A DNA stretch of 64,000 nt from a virus (taxonomy: Duplodnaviria > Caudoviricetes). Positions 1 through 12,300 of this stretch are shown one piece after another; position 1 is the stretch's first letter; every line of letters starts with the position of its first letter. The notes below the pieces were generated by a model. The model was not told where the DNA came from and did no database searches. It worked only from the letters and a program-made list of their open reading frames with translations. Location: the IMG/VR virus record IMGVR_UViG_3300009502_000047, positions 2,241-66,240 of that record. One strand, given 5' to 3'. The position numbers and the translations under genes are program-made.

Positions 1-582
1 GAATTTAGGGGTATCTGTATTATTATCAGAGAAAGTTGTGTAGGCATCAGTTGTAGCATCCAACCATTCTGAATTAGCATTATCATTAATCCTATAGGAT
101 ACAGTTCCACTTCCATCTTCTATTGCAGTAGGTAATGAAGGTTGTTCTCCTTGCTCAGTTGGCAAGGCTATCTCATCATCTTCATCAGGGTCAGCTGGAT
201 CGGGGATAACAGGAACATATGGTTCAGTTGTTACAGTAGTTAAACCAATGGTGAACCACTGAGAGACATCCAGTAAACTTCTCCAACTATTAAAGACTAT
301 TTTACCACCACCATTTATTAAATGGATGATTGTAGCCCAAGCATCTGCATTACTCTGCATCTCACTTAATGAGAAGTTAACAGTGTAAACTTTTTGACTG
401 TAATACATGAAATAAGATGAGGATGAGAAGGGCTTTTTAATTCCACCATAAGTTGCTGCGATAGTAGAGAGATCTGTTGATGGTGAATTAACCATTATCT
501 CAGCCCTGACATAGTAATTACCATTATCATATCGTGTTTGGGCCTGATACCACGAGACCAATTTAGGTACAGTATTACTCAT
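1..582 (-). CDS. Putative tail/baseplate protein (3' end runs off the window)
   Basis: Read manually: ATG at 582 overlaps the TGA of 579..1166 (ATGA); frame open to position 1 (MSNTVPKLVSWYQAQTRYDNGNYYVRAE...). Confidence 0.7.
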   Translation of the reverse strand, partial: MSNTVPKLVSWYQAQTRYDNGNYYVRAEIMVNSPSTDLSTIAATYGGIKKPFSSSSYFMYYSQKVYTVNFSLSEMQSNADAWATIIHLINGGGKIVFNSWRSLLDVSQWFTIGLTTVTTEPYVPVIPDPADPDEDDEIALPTEQGEQPSLPTAIEDGSGTVSYRINDNANSEWLDATTDAYTTFSDNNTDTPKF

Positions 583-1166
583 GAGTACTCCTCTTTGTTA
601 TATAAGAAGGTTAAGGTATTTTGTATATCATTTATTTTAATTGCTGTACTTGCATTGTTTGTAACTGTGATTAATAAATGACCATTGGGTGCAAAACTGG
701 GATTTGACTTACTACATATTGATGTTGTTGTGATGGCCCTGACTAATGCTCGTTTAACTACAGAGACTCCATCAATCTGGTTGGTTAAATTGGAGGAACC
801 CTTATCAAACTGAACCATGTCACTTGGAAATGACTGTCCATCATCACTTACCCATGAACCCGACAAGGTAAAGTCAAATGGATGGGTATCTGTTGTGATG
901 GCTTTGGGTGTACTGATGTCCAGTTGGATGACCAAGTTACCTTCACGGTACTTGAGGGGTAAGTTGGTTACATCAATTCTATATGCATAACTTCCGCTCC
1001 CTGCTATGGTCTTGGGATGAGCAGTTGCTGTGTAGCTAACTGTTGTTGTTTCACGGGGTGCTGTAGATGATAAATCTGTATTAACTGTTACGTTTATATC
1101 ATCAGGACTTATGCTCTCATCCATAACAAAGGTAAAGGGAACTGTTGTCCCTGCAGGTACATCCAT
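579..1166 (-). CDS. Putative tail-tip structural protein
   Basis: Thr/Ser/Val-rich, beta-like 195 aa downstream of the tape measure gene. Confidence 0.55.
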   Translation of the reverse strand: MDVPAGTTVPFTFVMDESISPDDINVTVNTDLSSTAPRETTTVSYTATAHPKTIAGSGSYAYRIDVTNLPLKYREGNLVIQLDISTPKAITTDTHPFDFTLSGSWVSDDGQSFPSDMVQFDKGSSNLTNQIDGVSVVKRALVRAITTTSICSKSNPSFAPNGHLLITVTNNASTAIKINDIQNTLTFLYNKEEYS

Positions 1167-1167
1167 A

Positions 1168-2385
1168 TTAGCTACTCTCCACTACTTTATTTTCTGTTGG
1201 AATTGGTAAACCATCTGTTATTTCGCTTAACTGATTTGTATAGATATCAAAGATAGATAATTTATTTTTACCAATTGTTATATCTGTATATTGGTCAGTA
1301 ATATGTATATCAGTTATCTTCCAATATATTGCATTACCACTTTTAAATGCACTGTAATTTAGAGGAGTAGTTATATATGGGTTACTATGTCCTTTCCACT
1401 CCATATATAATTGTTCATCTGAATTTGTTTTATCTCCAATACCAGTAAACAAAGTACCTTCAATATAACTAAGAGCTTGACCAGCAGGCCAATGTAATGT
1501 AAAGGATTCATGTGTATCCTGTCTATCATTTAAGATTGAGGATGCAAAGACATTTAAATCATCTTGTGTATAGGTTCCATCAATTTTATATTTAGCTACT
1601 AATGGAGAAGAAGTGGATGTAGATGATGTTGCTAATCCCATCATTTTACCATCTGAACTAATAACATATACCTTTTGAACTGGAGTTAATTCAGTAGACT
1701 CTATCTTACTGCATGTAGTCCATGGTTGTGTAAGATCTAAACATGACCACCCATTGGATAACCCATAATTAACACTTATTATATACTTACTTCCTCCAGC
1801 ATATGCAGTAGCAGTAAACCACATATCTAAACCAAGTGTATCAGTCATCATCTTTCTGATAGCAGATACCACCATCATATTACCAAATTCCATATCTGGA
1901 ATAGGTACTTTATCAAGTAGGGGGATAGTAGTTAAGTTACCTACTCCACTCATATCATGAAAGTTAACAGAGGTTAATATTATATTATCATTATCAACGT
2001 GATTATCAATTAAATCAACTATAAGTCTGTTAATAGTTTTTTTATTATTAAATTTATCTTTACTTTTAATTACTAAATTATGGTTATCTCCATCAGTTAA
2101 TGGGACATTATATAAAAATGATGATATTTCTTCAACAGTTACCGCAAAGATACTTTTACCCTGATCTGCACATTTAATTACCTTTGCATAGTCAAAAACA
2201 GGTTTTGGATATGTACTACAATATATCCTGACTAAATTTGCAGTTACACCATCTGATGTAGGTATAAATGATGGAGAGTTGAAGGTAGCTCTATTAACTT
2301 TCTTTGTTGACCTATCAATAGATAAATTTGTTATTTTTATTACAGTTCCATCGTTTAGTACTACAGTCCAATTTATCTCACTCAT
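1168..2385 (-). CDS. Putative baseplate hub / tail-tip protein
   Basis: 405 aa, third gene after the tape measure; call rests on size and position. Confidence 0.5.
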   Translation of the reverse strand: MSEINWTVVLNDGTVIKITNLSIDRSTKKVNRATFNSPSFIPTSDGVTANLVRIYCSTYPKPVFDYAKVIKCADQGKSIFAVTVEEISSFLYNVPLTDGDNHNLVIKSKDKFNNKKTINRLIVDLIDNHVDNDNIILTSVNFHDMSGVGNLTTIPLLDKVPIPDMEFGNMMVVSAIRKMMTDTLGLDMWFTATAYAGGSKYIISVNYGLSNGWSCLDLTQPWTTCSKIESTELTPVQKVYVISSDGKMMGLATSSTSTSSPLVAKYKIDGTYTQDDLNVFASSILNDRQDTHESFTLHWPAGQALSYIEGTLFTGIGDKTNSDEQLYMEWKGHSNPYITTPLNYSAFKSGNAIYWKITDIHITDQYTDITIGKNKLSIFDIYTNQLSEITDGLPIPTENKVVESS

Positions 2386-2877
2386 TTATATCAACTCAAA
2401 TAACATACCTTCAATCTGATCTTCCCATTGATAAATCAAACTTAAATCAAATGATTTTAACATAGGTTTAATAGATTCCTCATCATTATCAACACCTGTT
2501 ATCTTCCAATAACCATACTGTAAGATAATAGGTATATTTAACTTAGATTTTACTGTATCAACATTGATAACATATCCAATATATGGACAAAAATCAAAGT
2601 CATCATATTCAGTTCCTATGGTACATTGTGCCTTAAGAGTCTTATCATTTAATCCCAATGTTATAACTCTGGCATGATCATACATTGGTGTACCAATTGA
2701 ATTCCATATTCCACCAGTTTCACTTATAACAGTTGTATTTAACTTGCCACCAATAGTAAGATTACTTATGTTAATAGGAGGTATGTAAACTCCTGCTGAA
2801 GTATAAATTGGTTTGGCATTTGAATTGGCACTATTGATAGGTGATTCTATAATCCATAAATTAAGATATATCACCAT
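2386..2877 (-). CDS. Putative tail-tip protein
   Basis: Position in the tail operon, tightly coupled to neighbours. Confidence 0.45.
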   Translation of the reverse strand: MVIYLNLWIIESPINSANSNAKPIYTSAGVYIPPINISNLTIGGKLNTTVISETGGIWNSIGTPMYDHARVITLGLNDKTLKAQCTIGTEYDDFDFCPYIGYVINVDTVKSKLNIPIILQYGYWKITGVDNDEESIKPMLKSFDLSLIYQWEDQIEGMLFELI

Positions 2878-3337
2878 ACCACCTCATGATACTTAGATCT
2901 ATGTTATATTGATTAAATTTAGAAACATCCTGAGTTTCAGTTACATCAGTAACCAACCAACAGGTATTAACTGGTAATTTAACAGGTATCTCTGATTCAA
3001 GTACTATTAACATTATGCCCATACTAATTACATTATGTATATAAGCATTAAGCGGATTTATTACTCCATTATGAATTGTAGATGCAGTATAAATTTCACC
3101 AGTATTTATATCAGCAAGATTACCAGTTAACTTATATGATATTGGTTCTACACCAATTGGGACATTAATAGGTAATGGCCCATTATTAGCCAAAACAGAT
3201 TTAATCTTGCTACCACCAGTAATTCTATTAATCATAAAGACATAATCACCCTTGGGAACAAGAGTAAATTTTTTATTACCATATTTCCCATCAGCATGCA
3301 TATCAATTTTACTTTGATTAATTTGAAATCTCACCAC
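2861..3337 (-). CDS. Putative distal tail (Dit-like) protein
   Basis: 158 aa immediately after the tape measure gene, overlapping its stop. Confidence 0.45.
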   Translation of the reverse strand: MVRFQINQSKIDMHADGKYGNKKFTLVPKGDYVFMINRITGGSKIKSVLANNGPLPINVPIGVEPISYKLTGNLADINTGEIYTASTIHNGVINPLNAYIHNVISMGIMLIVLESEIPVKLPVNTCWLVTDVTETQDVSKFNQYNIDLSIMRWYGDIS

Positions 3338-6300
3338 TTTCTACTCACCAGTCCTATGACTCTGGCAACTTCATTAGATAATTGTGTTATTAAACTTTCA
3401 TCCATAACATTTCCCTGAATTGTAACTGGAACCGTTATATTAATTATCTTGGCCTCTGACTGTACCGGGACACTATTAACAGAGTTACCTGAATTATTAC
3501 CTACTATATTTGCTACAGACGAGCTAGTCTTATGCATTTTACTTATGGTGTTTTGTAAAGCCTGTGAAGCCTTCCACAATGCATATTGATTTCCTGTAGT
3601 ATCACCAATTGCCTTACCTGAATTAATTGCAGTCAATGTCGAATAATTCTTCTTTGTTGCATCAGCATTAACCACAAATTCATTATCACTTAACAGTGTG
3701 GGTATGCTATCAGATGTTTCACTTCCCGGCCCAGTTACTAATCCCCCAGATGCTCTTGCTCCGGGTTTTTTACTGGGTGACTCTGGTTGTGCTGTTGTTA
3801 TTCCCAATAATGCCAATACCTGGGGACTGTTGGATAAAATATACATTAGTTGTTTGGCAAATACAGGATCATATTCCATCGTACCGCTTACACTACCCCT
3901 TGAAGTAGTCAACATGGTTTGAATATCAGATAATGTCTTACCTTTAAATTTGTCAGAGTTATTCTCAATATATTTCTCTACCAGATAAAGTGATTCGTTA
4001 CCTTGAACTCCCCATTCAAATGTCTTTTTATATTCTTCATCAGTTCCTCCACCACCATTACCAGATGGATAGGTTGATTGCTGTGGTTGGTTGGTTCCTG
4101 TATTTGAAGATATTGTCCCGGTATTATTTTTTATTAAATTAGATATTTGTGCATTATATTGTGATATTGTATTCAAAATTGATGCTGCACCAGTTAATGC
4201 ACTCGTACCTAATGTATTAATCTTTGGTATGTTAGTATTAATTGAAGATGCAAGTTTACCTGTTGCTACAGATGCTGGATTTATCTGACTACTAAAAGTA
4301 ACAGCACCATCTTTGGCAGTTGAGATACTAATTCCATATTTAGATAACGCATCTATACTCGTTGCCGTAGCATTTGATTGATTGTTAAAAGCTATCTGAG
4401 CCTTTGTACCATCAGGAAGTGCTACTCCCATGGTCTTATTGGCAAGGTCACCCATCTTTAAATTTACATCAGAAGATACATTTGTTAAATCAAGGAATTT
4501 CTCTTGTACACCTGTTAATGCATTGGGAATATATTTACAGGCATCTGTCATGTTTGTTTGTGAGTCTGTCAATATGTTGGTAGCATCAACCTGTTTAATC
4601 TGTGATTCAGTACCCTTAACTACAGCATCAGACATATCATTGACATTTACACCAAAGATACTTAGGAATCCAGCCTTTTCTTTTATCTTATCAGCAAAGT
4701 CCTTCATGGCCTCTTCCTGATTGGGTGTGGACATTGCTTCATATTTATTACCCTCTAATGTCGCAAAACTGGCTAAATTACCCATACCCGGAAACATATT
4801 ATTCATGGCATTAATTGCTGGTTTAGCAGCTCCATGTTCATTTAACCAGTCATAAATACCAGATGCAGAAGTTAGAGTACCAACACCTAATCCCGGCATA
4901 CCTTCAGATACTTTGGATAATTCAGTAGGGGCTTTGGCTGCTGCTCCTATACCTAAAAATGGAAGAGTAAAAGCATTTATACCCGGTATTGAACCTGCAA
5001 GTGAAAGTGTATTTATACCCAGATTAACTGCTTTACTACCTAAATCATTGGCTCCTTTTACAAAGTCATTTTGTCTGAAATTCTCAAAAGTATCATGGAA
5101 ATTCTGCATCTTGGCATTACCAACTGCATTGATTAAAAGTCCATTTCCATAGGTACCCATTCCACCTGATCCCAAAGATAAAATCTGATCTGGTACAGGT
5201 GTATTTTCAATTGCTGTCTTTGTTGCTTTATTTGTTATATCTTTTCTAATTGCACTTAGTTCTTCATCACTTAATCCAGCAGGTAAATTATTTGTCCTGC
5301 TATTAACAAGTTGATTAGGTAAATTTTCACCTGTGGTTTTTGCTCCAAATAATGGAGCAGCAGGAACTGCATATTCACCAACAGCACCTATAATACCCCC
5401 AAGACCAAGTGCTCCTGCACCCATCATTAACGCAGTGCTTGTACCAAGGCCAATTGCAGATTCTTTGGCTGCCTCATCGTTACTTGCACCTTTACCCTTT
5501 GCAGTTCCAAAGCCTGTTAAGAGTAAAAGTGGATCTATTGGATTAATTGCAAACTCAGCACCTGCTTTTAATCTATCAGCAGCAAAAGCCTTGGGATCTT
5601 TAATAACATCTCCAACGCCACTCTTTAAGGTATCCCACCATGAAGGTGCTTCTGGTTTTGCTTCTGGAGCTGATGGGAAGTTAGTTTCTCCACCTTTAAA
5701 ATCACCACCAGCATTCTTGGTTGTTGCCTCATCAATAATTCTCTGATTGGCTTCGCTAGTTATCTTATCTAACTCATTAAACTTATCAGCTAATTCCTCT
5801 CTGGTTCTATCTACATCAGATTGTTTAACACCAGTGTCTTCACCTGTTTTTTCATCTGTTTTTGTATCTTGTTTATTCTCATCGGGTTTGGTCTTATCTT
5901 TTTCATCTGTTTTTTCATCTGTTTTTTCATCTGTTTTTTCATCTTGTTTAGTATCCTGCTTGGGTTCTCCACCAAATTTATCTTTGAGTTCTCCTAATCT
6001 CTCCCAGATATCTTTGAGCCAATCAGTTATTGATGATATATCGAATTTAAAGTCTGGGAAAGTAGGCCATGGGAAGCTAGTAATTCCACCATTTGTTATG
6101 TTACTGTTATTGGTAGTTTCATTTGAAATACCAGCAAGACCCTGAAGTTGACTTTGGTTATCAACGATTACATGGAATGCTCCACTTCCACCATATGCAC
6201 TGGATAAAAAGTTATTACTGTTATATGCAGAGTCAGCTTGGTTCTGTAATATTGAGTTATTTATGTTCATCTGGTATCTTTGGTCACTGACATAACTGTC

Positions 6301-9300
6301 AGGCAATGATACTGATGGCATAGGTGTTCCTTCAGCAAATCCCTTGATTTTAATAGGTCTATCATGATTCATTGCAGAAACTAATGCCCTGTTGGTGGGA
6401 CTTTCCATTGCCTTTTCTTTAACAATGGCTTCATGTCTGGAAACAGCAACTAAATTCTTATCTTCAGTTGGCCCTCCTGATCCCTCAATTACCCCGGTAT
6501 CACCCACTTCTGCGGGTGTGTATCCGGTAGCAAAACCAACTGCCTTGCCAACAAATGAAGCTGCACCATTAAATTCATTGACACCAGCACCTTTTCCAAG
6601 TAACAACTCGGATGGTGTTGGAATGACCATTTGGCCTGCAACATAGTTGACAACTCTACCAACTGCTTCCCATAATAACACGATTGTACTCAATGCCAAT
6701 ACTAACTTTACAACTCCCGCATATGCTCTATTTGTAGCAAATGCAAAGGTATCTACATAAGCAGAAGAAGCCAATGCTGCTTTACCAAATGTACTAAATA
6801 TTAAACTTCCACCAGCTAAAATGGACATGAATGGTTGTATCACCCACATCATTGGTACTAATGCAGCTAAGAATGTAACCAATCCTTTCTGTCCAGCCAC
6901 AGATGTTAATATACCCACTAATGTAGTTAGTCCATCAACTAGGGTAGGTAAAGATGCAATTAATCCACCATTACCATCCTTACCAACCATCATATCAGAT
7001 AGTTTATCTAGGATGGTATTTCCCTTTGTTCCTGCAGTTACCTTATTGACAACTGCATCAAATGCATCCATTAAACCCTTGACAAAGTTGGTATTTAAAA
7101 GAATCTTACTTGCCATTCCTGACATTAAGGTAGATGCTACTGCTGTAACTGCAGTTGATCTCTTCCATGCATCTACAAAGTTTCCTGCAGATACCCCCAT
7201 CTTATTAAGTTGAGCATCAATATCGATGAAATCCTTACCAAAAATCTTTGCATAAGAATAATTGGTAAACATTGACTGTAAATTAGATGCACTACTCAGT
7301 ATGGTAGTGATGGTATTTTGTAAGACCTTATATATATTGGTCAATGAGAAGTTGATACCCATAGCGGTCATGGAAACAGAAACTGCAGCCCAATTTAAGG
7401 TCTGCATATGTTTACCCATCCAATTAAGTAGTCTCTCACCAGCACCTAGATGCTTATTTAACTTCTCAAATCCCTCTATATTTTTACCTGTAGTTGATGA
7501 TTCTGACAGAACATGGGGTGCTTCATGTGGTGATATCTTATCTGCATATGATGCATTTAACTCTGTAAAATAATTTGCAAAATCAAAACCCTGTGTTTTG
7601 GCAGCTTCAACTGCTGTTTTGGGTATCAGGAAGCTACCCGATGCACTATAGATTGGTCTCTGACCACCCTGTTGTGTTACTGTCTCTTTGATATCACCCA
7701 ATGTATTAAGTTGCTTAGATGACTTTATGCCTGTAATCTGTGAGAGGAAGTTGATATTTTCCTGTTTCCATTTATTTAAATCATCTTGAGATTCAAAGTT
7801 AACTACACTCTTATATTGGGTAAATGGAGTTTGCTTAAACTCATATGATTTAGGCTTCCAATCCATCTTTTTAACAGCATCACTTGATGCAGCAATTCCA
7901 GCTTCAAATTTACTTAAGTCCGTTTTTGGGACATTTAGTTGACCAGAAATACCTGCTGCTCTTCCTGCCAAACCTTTCATGAAATTGGCATCCTGTTGGT
8001 TGATATTGGAAGTTAAAACACCACTCAAATTCTTTGTTATATCAGTAGGATTAACCAGACTAAATTTAAGGTTGCCTGATGTAAATTGTTTTGTTAAGTT
8101 ATCCATTATCAATTTAAATTCGGCAACATCAGTTGGATTATCAGTAAATCCTCTTCCCGGTAATCCCCTCTGTTTATCTCCATAGATAGTTTTATGCAAA
8201 GTATCTAAAATAGCATTTATTGCGTTAACTGAACTGGATTCGCGTCTATTTACTAAATTATTATATGTAGAGTCAACTGTTGCATTAGGATCTACCTCAC
8301 CACCAAGAGTATATCCCTTGGGTTTATCTTCACTGGAATCCCTATCCAGTATAAAACTACCCGGTTCTGCATATCCAAAGTTCTTATCACCTTCGGTATA
8401 TTCCCCCTCCAGTTTATGTCCACCAAATGGATTGACTACATCAGAAAGTGCATTTAACTTCTTAAGATTATTAATACCAATTTTGGATACGTCTTCAGGA
8501 TCAAAGATAGTCTCCCCTGCATTATACCTAATTGGAACCATCCCACCATCATTGAAGCCAGGAATTATTTTTTCCTGTATCTGTTCATGAGTATTTACCT
8601 TATTACCTGTATTTTCACTATCTTCTATCTTGGATATTTCAGATACATAATTTCCACGAATGTTCTCTTCATTTACATCATATGGTAAGTTAGATAACAT
8701 ATCAAACTTTTGTAAAAGTGGAATTAATAAGGGTGAATTTATCATTGGTCTACTGAGACGACTAAAGAAACTGTTATCTAATATCTCCCCGGAATATGAG
8801 ATACCTTCTTTTGCCCTCTTTCTACTTTCTTCTTCTAATGACCTTGTTGCATCGTACTTACTAAACTTGGTATTGTCTGGTAAATCTTGGAAAGGTATTG
8901 GTTTAAACTCTTCCAGTTGTTCAGGGATTGTCATCACATAGTCATTATGTGATAACTTAGGTAACCATGGATAATTTGATGGATGTAAAACAGAGTAGCC
9001 TTTGGGTTCAGGAGCCTTGAGAGGTAACTTACTTCTTCTGGGAAATATACCTGGACTAAAGTAGTTGTATAGACCTGATAAAAACCTTGAGTGTATAGAT
9101 GTTGGCTTATCAGAGTATCTTTTAGGTAATATAGATAAATTATTAATTTCCTTTACATTTCCAGTTATACGATTCTGTAATTCCTCATTGAATTCATCTC
9201 CAGTGTAGGTAAATTCCTCACCATATTCACCCATTGGTTGTTTATTTTCTTTGGTAGTTAAACCCTCACCTTTATCTTTAAATAATGATTCTTTATATGC

Positions 9301-12300
9301 CTGTTTATAATTTGATATTTTATTCCGTATGGATACTATATCATTTCTGTTACCACGGTTTTTTGCATCTTCAAGTTGATTTCTTAAATCAGATAATGTA
9401 TCCTTATACTCAACTTTATATTTATCCTTGTCAGAGGTTAAATCATTAAATTTACCCGTAGTAAATCGTGTATTACCCTTCAATCTATATTCTAAGTCTC
9501 TAATCCACTGGATAGGTATACCTGTCTGTCCATGGGTTTCTGCCATCTCCACATCTGATCTAAATATACCTGTTTTACCAATGTAATTGGGATCTACATT
9601 CTTACGTGTAGATTCAGTTAAGTTAGACAGTAACTTATTATTTACTGTCCTATAGATATCTTTGAATACATCAAGCCTTGAATTGTGAGTACCAGATGAA
9701 CCATACATACCTGTGCGAGTACCCGGAGTTAAACCGGGTATCTCAAATCCAAAGGATGTAATTCCATATTTCTTTAAGTCAGATAATGTAATATTGTGTC
9801 CGGTTGTAGTCTTTTTTGCTATTTTATCTAAAGACATACCCCGAGCAAAGTTGTCAATATGTTCATCAATATCCCAGATACCATCATATTCCTTCTTAGC
9901 TAACTCTGTTATTGCACCTCTATATCTGGGATCAAAGTTTGTATTTCGTCTAACATACTCCATTATTTTATCAGGTCTGGACATTGCCTTAACGTGTGGA
10001 GTTGATTTAGTCCAGTCAAAATCATCAATATTTATATCCCCAGTATCTATTTTCTGAAATAAATTAGATAATCTTTGAACTTCTGCTTCAACAACTTCCT
10101 TTTTAATCTTAAATTTATCATCACCATATTCTGCATGGATGTCACTTGGTATACCCTCAGCAAAAAGACCTAATGTACTATCAGTTAAACTTCCCTTACC
10201 CACTAACTTCTCACTATCATCAACAAATCTAACTGGATTCTGACCTTCTACATTTGGGAAAAACTTTGCTATCTTATCATTAGATTGGGTAAACTGGGTA
10301 ATAGAGTGTGATATTGCATTACCCAGAAATTTACCTGATGTCATTGTCTTAAGTATATCACTCTCTTTGCCCTTAGATAGATCAGTTGTAAAGTCATCTC
10401 GTATCAACCCTTCTTTACCTAAATTCTTAATTATCTTAGGGAAATCACCAACCGGGTCACTGCTTACTTCACCTAAATCAAGACCATATGATTTACGACC
10501 TTCAGTGATTGAGTTAATAAAGTTCTTTAACTTTCCACCCTGATTCATCGCACGTAAGAAGATACTGCTTAATGATCCGGGTGCTGGTTTGTCACCTCTA
10601 AACTCAGGGACTGCTTTATTAGTTACTGTTTTGAAAAAAGCCTTTACTCCCTGATTATAAATGTTAACATTGTGATCCTTAAATTTACTATATTCTTCAA
10701 GTGTATCAAATAACATACTTGAGTACTTAATACCTTCAAATTGGTCACGGACATATTTATATGAACTGCGACCCAGTAAATACCTTAGTTTTTCCTCATA
10801 AAATACACGTTTACCCAATTCACTATCTGCATATCTCTCTGTATTATGCTCCTTGGGTATCATGTTCCACCAAGTATCGTGAGCAGAGACTCTTTTACGT
10901 GACATTGAAAACGATAAATCTTGGAAGGTACCCAAGTGCTTACCTAATGTCCCATATCTCCTATATTTATTATTAAATTCATTCCAGTCAATTGAATGAA
11001 CATTACCAGATTCATCTGTGTTTGCTGAAGACATCAATTTACTTCGTATAAAGTCCTGTACTCTGGGAGAGTAACCTTCAATATCCTCGACCATATTACG
11101 GATGGAAGATTGATGTAATTTGGGATTAACCCAGATACCCGCATTCTGCAAAACAGGATCAGTTATAAATGGTTCTTTAATACCAGTTGTACTGGAAATA
11201 GGTATAGCCTTTATATTTTCAATATCACCTTCACCATATCCTGTACCTGCTGCAAAATCCAATATCCTCTTATTATCGTCATTAGTATATGATAATGCAA
11301 ATTTATGTGGAGTTCCTGTGTAAGATGCTGAGAACTTATCAACAGCAGGGAAAAACTCCCTTACATCTTCAGGAAGTAATGAAGGGTCAAACATTGAGAT
11401 GTCAATTGCACCCTTTTTCTCCAAGCTCTCACGTTGCTGAGCACCTCTCGAAGCAGAACCAAGTGGTGAAACTGTTTTATTTAATCTTGTGACATTACCG
11501 GGATTCTCAAATAATTTAAGATATGATCCCTGAATTGCATCAACAATCTTATTTACCTTTGTTGGAGATAATCCCCTCAACGAAGTCCTTTGTCCACTTA
11601 TTAATCTCTCAACAAATTCAAATTTCTTAAGTGTATTAACACCCTTTGCTGGATCTTGTGGCCCTCTAGGATCTATCATGTAATCCTGAATTGCTGTACG
11701 TAATTTGTAAGCCTGTTTATTTTTGTCCTCAATTATTTTAACACCAAAGTCAGATGAATAATCATCTAAGTTAGATAGTATAGCATCTGATTCTCCAATG
11801 TTACTTTTACCATGAGAAAATACCCTGAGTAACATTAAGTTATATAGATCATTGTGTTTAATCCGGGTACCTGACTTAACATTTAATCCACCCTTCCCCA
11901 ATATCTCAGAATTTATCTTATTCAAACTATCAGGTGCAAAGGAACCATATCTAACTCTGTTATTTAAATCATATATAGAGTACCCACCAGACCTCATCTG
12001 TTTATCAAATGCAGCAACAGGTACATCAGGAAGAAAAATCTGTCTGTTTTTATTCCCTCTAATAGATTCACCTGCAAAGTTGAGTACATCATTCATCTTC
12101 ATCTGTTTCTTGACACCATTATCAATAACAGTTAAAGTGCGAGTATCTAACCCCATGTACCTAGATAAGTTAGCCTTAAAATTCTTGGATATATCACCCA
12201 TAAATAAATTGGTTATTGATGCAACCTTTGGGTTCTTCTGCATCATTGTCTTGAAAATCTGACCCGTGGCTATAACATCATAAGCAGCATATTTAATCTG

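Noticed and set aside
9690-9730. GTRTGMYGSS resembles the PolA TxTGRLSS motif, suggesting a full family A polymerase after the exonuclease
   Set aside because: PolA motifs A, B and C were not found and the key Arg is missing
3696-12262. Many plus-strand ORFs of 60-137 aa opposite the tape measure gene
   Set aside because: Antisense shadows of a long ORF with biased codon use; no motifs or operon context
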